A stretch of 62,195 nt of DNA, the filler included, from Platydemus manokwari (Eukaryota): the NCBI GenBank assembly GCA_037951405.1. It is 6 parts of 6 records of this genome, joined end to end, with 100 filler letters (N's around TTAATTAATTAA, not from the genome) between each part and the next. Parts side by side here need not be neighbours in the genome. Positions count along the whole stretch, not along the records: positions 51,427 to 62,195 come from JBBMOY011106886.1; 5 more parts are not named here. One strand, 5' to 3'. The notes under the pieces are model-generated. The model saw nothing but the letters and a program-made list of their open reading frames with translations, had not been told where the DNA came from and searched no databases. Shown here in pieces: positions 54,876 through 62,195 of this stretch. The first letter of the stretch is position 1. Every line of letters starts with the position of its first letter. The position numbers were made by a program, and so were the translations under genes.

Positions 54876-57800
54876 TCACATATTTATCCTGTTTCCAATT
54901 CCAACCGTGATTATATTGGCTCCATCTTTTTTCAATAATTCAGCTTCACCTGCTGGTTTTGGATACATGTTATTGACACCATCAGTCAACAAGATCACAT
55001 TGAATGGAATTCCGGATCTTTGTTTGGGTTTGATTTTCTGAAGAGTTTCGCGTAATGCCAAACCGATCGCCGTAGCCGTTCCCAATTTCTTCAAATTTCC
55101 AACAATTTCAAATATTCCTAAACGCGATAAAAATCGATAAAAATCATATCATTGGAATATCAATCGTAAATTAAACGTTTTTTATCGGTCAAATCAAAAT
55201 CAAAATCCAATCGGATTTTATCGGAAAACGATATCATTGCAACTCGGACTCTGTTGGGACCCAATTCCAGAGTGGATAGAAATTTCCTCAGGAAAACTTT
55301 TGCAATTCCATAATCTTTTTCCGCAATGGATTCAGATGAATCCAGCAAAATAACCAAATCTTGTTGTTTCGATTGACAAGGTTTCTTATCTGGAATATTG
55401 AATAACAACGACAATATAATTTAAAATAATGATTATCAATAGTGTCATTAAATTTTAGTGAATTTTTATATATTTTTATTATTTTTTCATATAGAAACTA
55501 TTAGTTATCATCAGATGAGATTCGACCACCAGACTTTGGATATTTCATTATTCCCATAGGACGATAGCACACGGGTGCCGAATTGGTTACTTCAATTGAC
55601 TTAATGATCCTCAATAGATTTGGTTATTTGAAACCTAACAAAATGTTTCTGAAACATTTATATGTGAATATATTTATAAGAACACATATCACTATGGATG
55701 CTGTGCTGGCTAATTTCTGGTGAAACTTTCGGAGTTGAATGCAGAACTTGGGTCTCATAACGTGAAAAATCGAAGCAATTTCGACATTAAATCTTTTTAA
55801 TTTTAAAATTACAGTAAAACCGATTTGGATAATTTTTAAAATTGTCATTAAATCATTAAATAAGTTATTGATTTTGTAATATAGATATTTCAATATTGAA
55901 ATTACCAAATTTCGATCAATAGAATTCCAATATAGATTTGATTTTTTGTTTAAGAATTAATATTTTGATATATTTTTCAATTAATTTTAAAATTAACATT
56001 ATTAATCATTCGAAATTAATTTAAATTAAATTAAAATAAATATAATTACTTTATAAATTGCACATTTATCTTTTAATGGTTAATTTTTAATTTTAATTTA
56101 AAAAAATCTGATATATAAAAGATGGAAGTTGTTAATTCTTTTATTTTATCCTGAGGTGGAAGCCGGCGCTGCTTAGATAAACAATTATTTACAAGAGTAT
56201 GAAAGAAAATAAACTAACAAAAAATATCTATGTTGATTGAAGTCTGCTATTTAGCGCAATTTATATATTGGCACGACATAAAAATAGTTTTATATTTACA
56301 CACACATGCACAGACACATACATTCACAGACACATACATTCACAGACACACACATACATAGACACATAGATATATATGACTCATGTAATGAAGGTGCTAA
56401 GTTGTGATACAAAACATTGTTTTTTGATATTACATAATATTTCTCACCAATTTCCACACAGATATGATGAACAATTTTTTTAATTTTCTCTAGTAAATCG
56501 TAGACATTGGCCACCTTGATGACGCCACTTGGTGATGCGATCCTCGTAAGCTCTTTCCTATAATTGTTTCAATAAATATACACACACCAAGATTCATTGA
56601 AAATTTTCTTTACAATCTCAAATTTATTACCTTCATATTATCATCAATGATATTCAATTTCATTTTTAATGATGTTTTATTTTGATATGAAATATTTTTT
56701 AACACAATTTAATGTTCGACATTTAAAATTATCGACCAATATTTACTAAATCAATATTATTTAAAGGTCTGCGTTAAACAGACAATTTATGAATGTCAAT
56801 CTAATATTTAACAATTAAATGAACACGTTTTTATTTAAAATGGATTCCGGGGAATGAATGTGAGGATTTGAGGAATATTTTCCATTCTTACAAAAATCGA
56901 TTGTCATATTCCAACTATTACTTTAATAATGAAAAAGTTTTCTGTATTTGATTTAAATGATTATGATAATTTTAAATTTAATGACTGCACGAGAACAAAA
57001 ATTTCAGAGAATTATTTAATCCAATTAAATTCACGATAAAAATAAAAATTTTCTTGTGTAATCCAAGATATCCAAAAATTGTTCAAAATAATGTGTTGGT
57101 GGAAAAATTGGTTGAAATTTGGTTTTGTATTCCGTAGAAGTTGAGCTTGAGCTACAATTTCTTAAATCAATGACTTTGCTTAACCTGTCGGTTGCGATTC
57201 GCAACATGGGAAACAAAACGAATTCTTCATACAGCTTATCTTTCATATTTTCGATCTTATAAACATCTCACATTCACATTAGAAAGGGGAATTCATATTC
57301 CTAACGTATTAAGTGAAAAATTAAATGGAATTTCGGAGAAAATTAAGAATTAAATAAATTACCGCCATCTCAAACACACTTAGGTGACAACAATACCTGT
57401 CCAAAGGTGACTACAGTGTAAGGAAGTCCACTTGTGGAGTTTGTTCAAAAAACAAGAAAATTGGAAGATTTATCCAAAGAGGGACATCCAAATATGGGTT
57501 AATTATACCACAAAATCATCATTTTGATATAAGCATTTCATTTTCTATCAATAAAAGTGATTTATGAATGGGATTTAATTGCAGTTTGTAACGCTGTTCT
57601 ATTTACATATATTTTGATCACCGAAAGACAATTATCACCTAGATTGGGTCAGGACAAAACCGATTATCAATCCTAAAATTGACTGAAGAAACAATAGTAT
57701 CATCAGGTTAATCTGAAAACTCTGACACTGAAGATGACTAAAGACTGAAGAACATATAAAGAAACAATGACAAGTTGTGATAAAAGACGAAACAATTTAC

Positions 57801-59229
57801 AAATGCAGTGAAGAGCTATTATTAATGGCTAAACTTTTGTTGTATATCGAAAAAAATTCATTTCTCAATAAACGAAAATTTTTATTAATATTTAATCTAA
57901 GAATGTTACTTCAATACCAATCGATACCAACAAGAGGAATTATTAAGCTTCGTTTAAACGCCTTACGAAACTTATCATTTCATACCATTTAATTATTCAT
58001 TTCAAGAAGTACTGTATCATTTGATAATCTCTATAAGATCTGAGAACAATTTCACCCCTTCATCAATATTATTAGTTATCCATCACATGCTCGTATATTA
58101 CTTCTCCCAGGTGCTATTATAGTTTTTCAAATACTTTACTTGAATTTTTTAAACTAAAATCGTGTCACTTAAAGATTTTCGTAATAATAAAATGCTGACT
58201 TTGCAAGGCGGCATATATCAACCGTCTAACAAGGTAATGAAATCATACATATCATTTCTAACATTAGCTAGAATCTATGGAAATATGCGTTAAGAGAATC
58301 TCACGTGTTAATATGGGATCCAATGCCTATAGTGATGATCTGAACGGATAGTTTCTTTAAATTTTCAGAAAACGAATACGGGGTAGGATACACGTTATTA
58401 GTACCATCAGTCAACAAAATCACCATTTTTCGAGTATCTCTTTTCATAATTGGAACCACATTGTTTAATGTCAACCTCAGTGCTCGACCAATAGCAGTCA
58501 TACCCTTTCCTTTATTAACTCTCAACAAAGCATTAGCCATATCTATAATATTTATCAAGGTAAAATATATTTACAATGAAGGAAACCTTTCGAATCAGTG
58601 TACTTTTCCAGGTTAAAAATCAGAGATGCGTCATCACTGAATACGATGAGAGCTATTCTATTATTTGGATTAATGGTTTTGAGAAAGGTGATAATTTTTA
58701 TCAGAAAGTTTTTGGCCAGTTTAAAATGATACGGTGATATCGACTCTGATGCATCTAAAATCAATACGACGTCTCGCAGTTCAGATGAGCAAGACAAAGC
58801 GGCTTGAGCAGTGCTTCCATAAACTGAAATGATTATGTTANNNNNNNNNNNNNNNNNNNNNNNNNNNNNNNNNNNNNNNNNNNNNNNNNNNNNNNNNNNN
58901 NNNNNNNNNNNNNNNNNNNNNNNNNNNNNNNNNNNNNNNNNNNNNNNNNNNNNNNNNNNNNNNNNNNNNNNNNNNNNNNNNNNNNNNNNNNNNNNNNNNN
59001 NNNNNNNNNNNNNNNNNNNNNNNNNNNNNNNNNNNNNNNNNNNNNNNNNNNNNNNNNNNNNNNNNNNNNNNNNNNNNNNNNNNNNNNNNNNNNNNNNNNN
59101 NNNNNNNNNNNNNAAACAAATCTTATATTATAATAAAAAAAAATAATGAAAAATAATCAAAATACTGACTAAATAAAAAATTTAACAAACAATTAGGCAT
59201 GCACAGAAACCAATTGAAAATAATTTCAT
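54876..59229 (-). CDS. Secreted protein with two von Willebrand factor A domains (matrilin/collagen VI/cochlin-like); 3' end unresolved
   Basis: Signal exon 59229-59187 joins exon 58823 in phase: MKLFSIGFCACLIVFYGSTAQA. VWA1 reads DVVLILDASES..MTAIG..ILLTDG..TIGIG, and exon about 56557-56449 adds KELTRIAS..HIC. VWA2 reads DLVILLDSSES..ATAIG..ILLTDG..TVGIG. Both MIDAS motifs are intact. Confidence 0.85.
56298..56376. repeat. Compound (CA)/(CAGA)/(CATA) microsatellite in a VWA gene intron
   Basis: acacacacatgcacagacacatacattcacagacacatacattcacagacacacacatac... Confidence 0.85.
58841..59113. other. Sized scaffold gap (273 N, no linker) within intron 1 of the VWA gene
   Basis: Plain N run; exons on both sides join in frame, supporting real contiguity here. 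Confidence 0.9.
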
Positions 59230-62195
59230 ATATTTGCAAAAAATATAACCAGAATTGTCAAACATAATGTCTCTAAGAGTGGGTAATTGAATTAAACCTG
59301 TCATAAGTCTCAAAATATTTCTTATCACACAGTGAAGCCACAAAATTTTATAAGCATCATTCAAACGCAGTTAGTCATTAAGTAAAATAATGTGGTAAAT
59401 TTCCTGATTAATATGAAAAAAATAAAATCCTTCATTTCTACTGAAAACGTAACGCAAGCAGACAGCCGATAAATTAATAAGTGCACGAAAATAAATTGGA
59501 AAAAAAAATAAATAAATATAATGAATTCGTCTCCATTTTAATTCACAATTTGATTGTATTTGGTTTTTGCGATTTTTTGCCTTTTGTTCTGTCGATTGAT
59601 ATCTTTGTTTCAATGTATCGATTGCACAATTTTCTATCGAACCCGGTGTTTTGAGATATGACTATAGACGAATCCATGTAACGAATGCGTTCATCAATCG
59701 TGTTTCGGATATGGCTTTATGTATAATTTATATTTTCAAATCGACGATTATTTGCCAGCATTCTGTCACGGTCACGGTTGAATGGACAGAAATAAATTTC
59801 CATTTGGACAGATCGGTATTGCAACATGGACGTTTTCAATTTGGAATTGATTTATATTTTTGAGAAATCAATAAATTATTGCATTCCGGAGACGGGAATT
59901 GAAAATTAAGAAGATCTTTTTCGATAAATCGAACATTATTCAAAAACTTTAACAATAAAATTTTTAATTCGATTTCAAAAATATATCGATGGCTGCTCAT
60001 ATCGACACGATTTTATAAAACATCGATTTTATAAAAATTATTATCAAACAATAACATGGACTGTGATAAATTTCTGATCGAACAAATGTTAATATCAACA
60101 TGTTATCTCTCTGGTATTACCGATATCATCAAAACAACGATGATTGCAAAACACAATTTCTGATGCTCTGCACAAAGCTACCATGACATTAGTTCCGAAA
60201 AAAATACAAATTCCAACTGGCTCTCAAATGGCAGTATACCATCTCTACATTGTTATTTATCCTTAAAGCTTGATTGTATTTTGTATTTTATTTCTACGTT
60301 TACAATTTGGGCTTATCGATTTCCTATACTAGGGATTGTTCAATTCCTACATAGTTTTATACTTAATCGGATTGAAATCTTCGACTTGTGTTATCTCTTA
60401 TTGTCCGGCTACTGTGTATATGTGGTCATGTAATTATGTATTTGTAAAACATCGTAACAAAGATTTCAAGGTGCTAAAATCGTATTTTTGATGTGTTATT
60501 CATCTCTACTCAACAAAACTTATCCTATAAGGCTATACAAAATGGTTAATTTCATAAAATGTGAATTATAAACAAATCCAAAACTCCAATTCTCAGGAAT
60601 GCATTCAAACAAACTCAAATGATAACTTATCATATAGAAAATAATCATGTAAGCATTGATTAATTATATAACTCTCAAAAATAGATATGGAACGGAACAT
60701 CCGGTTCCGTATTTATGAAAAGTAAATTGTTTCAATGAACGAAAATTTTAAGTTCAAATTTTATTGCCTTATATAGTCCCGAAACACGCTGGAGAGATTT
60801 GAATCAATAAGGTACGATTATATATAAAGAAAAAAACATTCAAGTAAGATGAATTGAAATAAGTTATTCAGTAGATGATCATTGTGTTGGGTACCAAATA
60901 TTCTAAAATAAATAATAATTTAAACCACATATTAAAATGCTTAAACAACCATGAGTAACACGATCCAGAAATAGATATTATATAATGTATCTATAATTAG
61001 AATTTATCAATATTAGAGATAACATATAATAATAACAAAAAATGATAATTAGTTATAAAAGATGAGGAAGAATTGGATAAAGCGTGGACCAATTCCAACC
61101 ACTCATTTACTACTGAAACTTTATCCAAATTTGTATCTTGCTATTTAGTAGGTGACGTACTCCACAGGTCCCTACTATCAGAAAATCAACCAAGAGGTTC
61201 TTGCAGCTCTCCACACAAAGATCTCTTAATATCCTACGCATAACAATAACTGATAATTTCAAAAGGATCTTTAAATACCTGGCTATTTGCTTGCTAATAA
61301 TTATTATTCTACTCAATAATTGTAATTGATTATTGTAAATCATTTGATTCGAAAATTATATTTTCATATCCTAATTTATTTTTACTTATTTAAGTTATTG
61401 CCATTATTTCCTTTACTGCGCCTTTGGAATCAGACACAGCATAGACACGAATAATATTTGGCGATGGTGCATTCATGCCTTATCGCTGATAAACGAGCTG
61501 AAACAACCAGAACAATAGATTAGATCAAGAATGAAATTTGGATTCATTTGCAAACGATATAATGAAAACTATAATTTTCAGAGATTCTGCAATACAATAA
61601 AAATAAGATTAAAAGCACAAATTTTAAAAGCGAAATAGCTTTATCCATATATCGTAATTTTTAAAATTTTTTATTGATTTAATTAGATCACTAATCTAGC
61701 AGAGGACAGTCGAATTTTCGAAAAAATCTGTCCAAGAAATAATCGAGCTATTTATATTTGAATGCTGTGTCATGAGCACAAACCAAATGGTTATTTTTTT
61801 ACTCATCATTGCGCACGCATTCATGTGTGAAGTACAAGATGGTTAAGAGAACTCAAATAGGAAATGAAAACAAATTTAAAAAGTTCAACACAAAATTAAA
61901 TTCCATCTCAGTATTAAGACAAATTTTACAAATTGATTTTTGATAATCAATAATTTTTAATAAAAATATATTTTTGTTTAAATTGGCTACTTAAAAATTA
62001 TTTTACATAAATCGATAATATTGTGAGTAGACATAAATAAAACGTTGCAGCTATTATAACATCGAGTTTTAAAATTAATTATTAATATTTAAATTAATTA
62101 TTATTAATTATCACTATTATTATTATTTAATTATTATTATAAATTTTAATTATTAAACAATCATGTTTCTAAAAAATATATAATTATAGATTTAT

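Noticed and set aside
58829-59146. ORFs spanning the N gap
   Set aside because: Artefacts of translating Ns.
2899-59229. A functional gene cluster linking TSR1, BAG6, AS3MT, CHD1 and the VWA gene
   Set aside because: The genes lie on different contigs separated by artificial linkers and have unrelated functions.
59640-59863. 70-aa ORF or possible mariner transposase relic
   Set aside because: No clear catalytic motif or splice structure.
61417-61472. Minus-strand signal-peptide-like exon MHHRQILFVSMLCLIPKA as the first exon of the VWA gene
   Set aside because: It ends in phase 2 while exon 58823 needs phase 1; the 59229-59187 exon fits in phase and gives a better signal peptide. It could still be a 5' UTR exon.
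61460-61505. Hairpin followed by ctgataa...gaaac resembling a hammerhead ribozyme core
   Set aside because: The core is CUGAUAA rather than CUGANGA, and stems II and III cannot be formed convincingly.

Overview
This is AT-rich animal genomic DNA. Most introns are short (about 40-60 nt, GT-AG) and there are many decayed transposons; a planarian-like flatworm is my inference, not shown by the sequence. The window is not one continuous locus: five identical 100-nt artificial linkers (44 N + TTAATTAATTAA + 44 N) join six pieces of about 9-12 kb, so adjacency across linkers cannot be trusted. Spliced genes reconstructed by hand: TSR1 (-, 2899-5431), BAG6 (+, 9869-14144), a divergent CFAP221/PCDP1-like cilia gene (+, about 14326-20584), arsenite methyltransferase AS3MT (+, 27454-28962), CHD1/2 chromatin remodeller (-, 40977-46216) with a probable promoter near 48.0 kb, an uncharacterised gene with a TPX2-like motif (+, 51890-53484), a secreted two-VWA-domain protein (-, 54876-59229) and probable orphan 3' exons (-, 37600-38515). 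Mobile relics include mariner-type and hAT-type MITEs and Ty3/gypsy and BEL/Pao fragments. I found no convincing new multi-gene system. The best leads are a candidate H/ACA snoRNA in an AS3MT intron, a duplicated terminal splice acceptor in the CFAP221-like gene, the very tight BAG6-CFAP221 spacing, a truncated second VWA domain and a speculative splice-generated UGA/UxxC reading frame.
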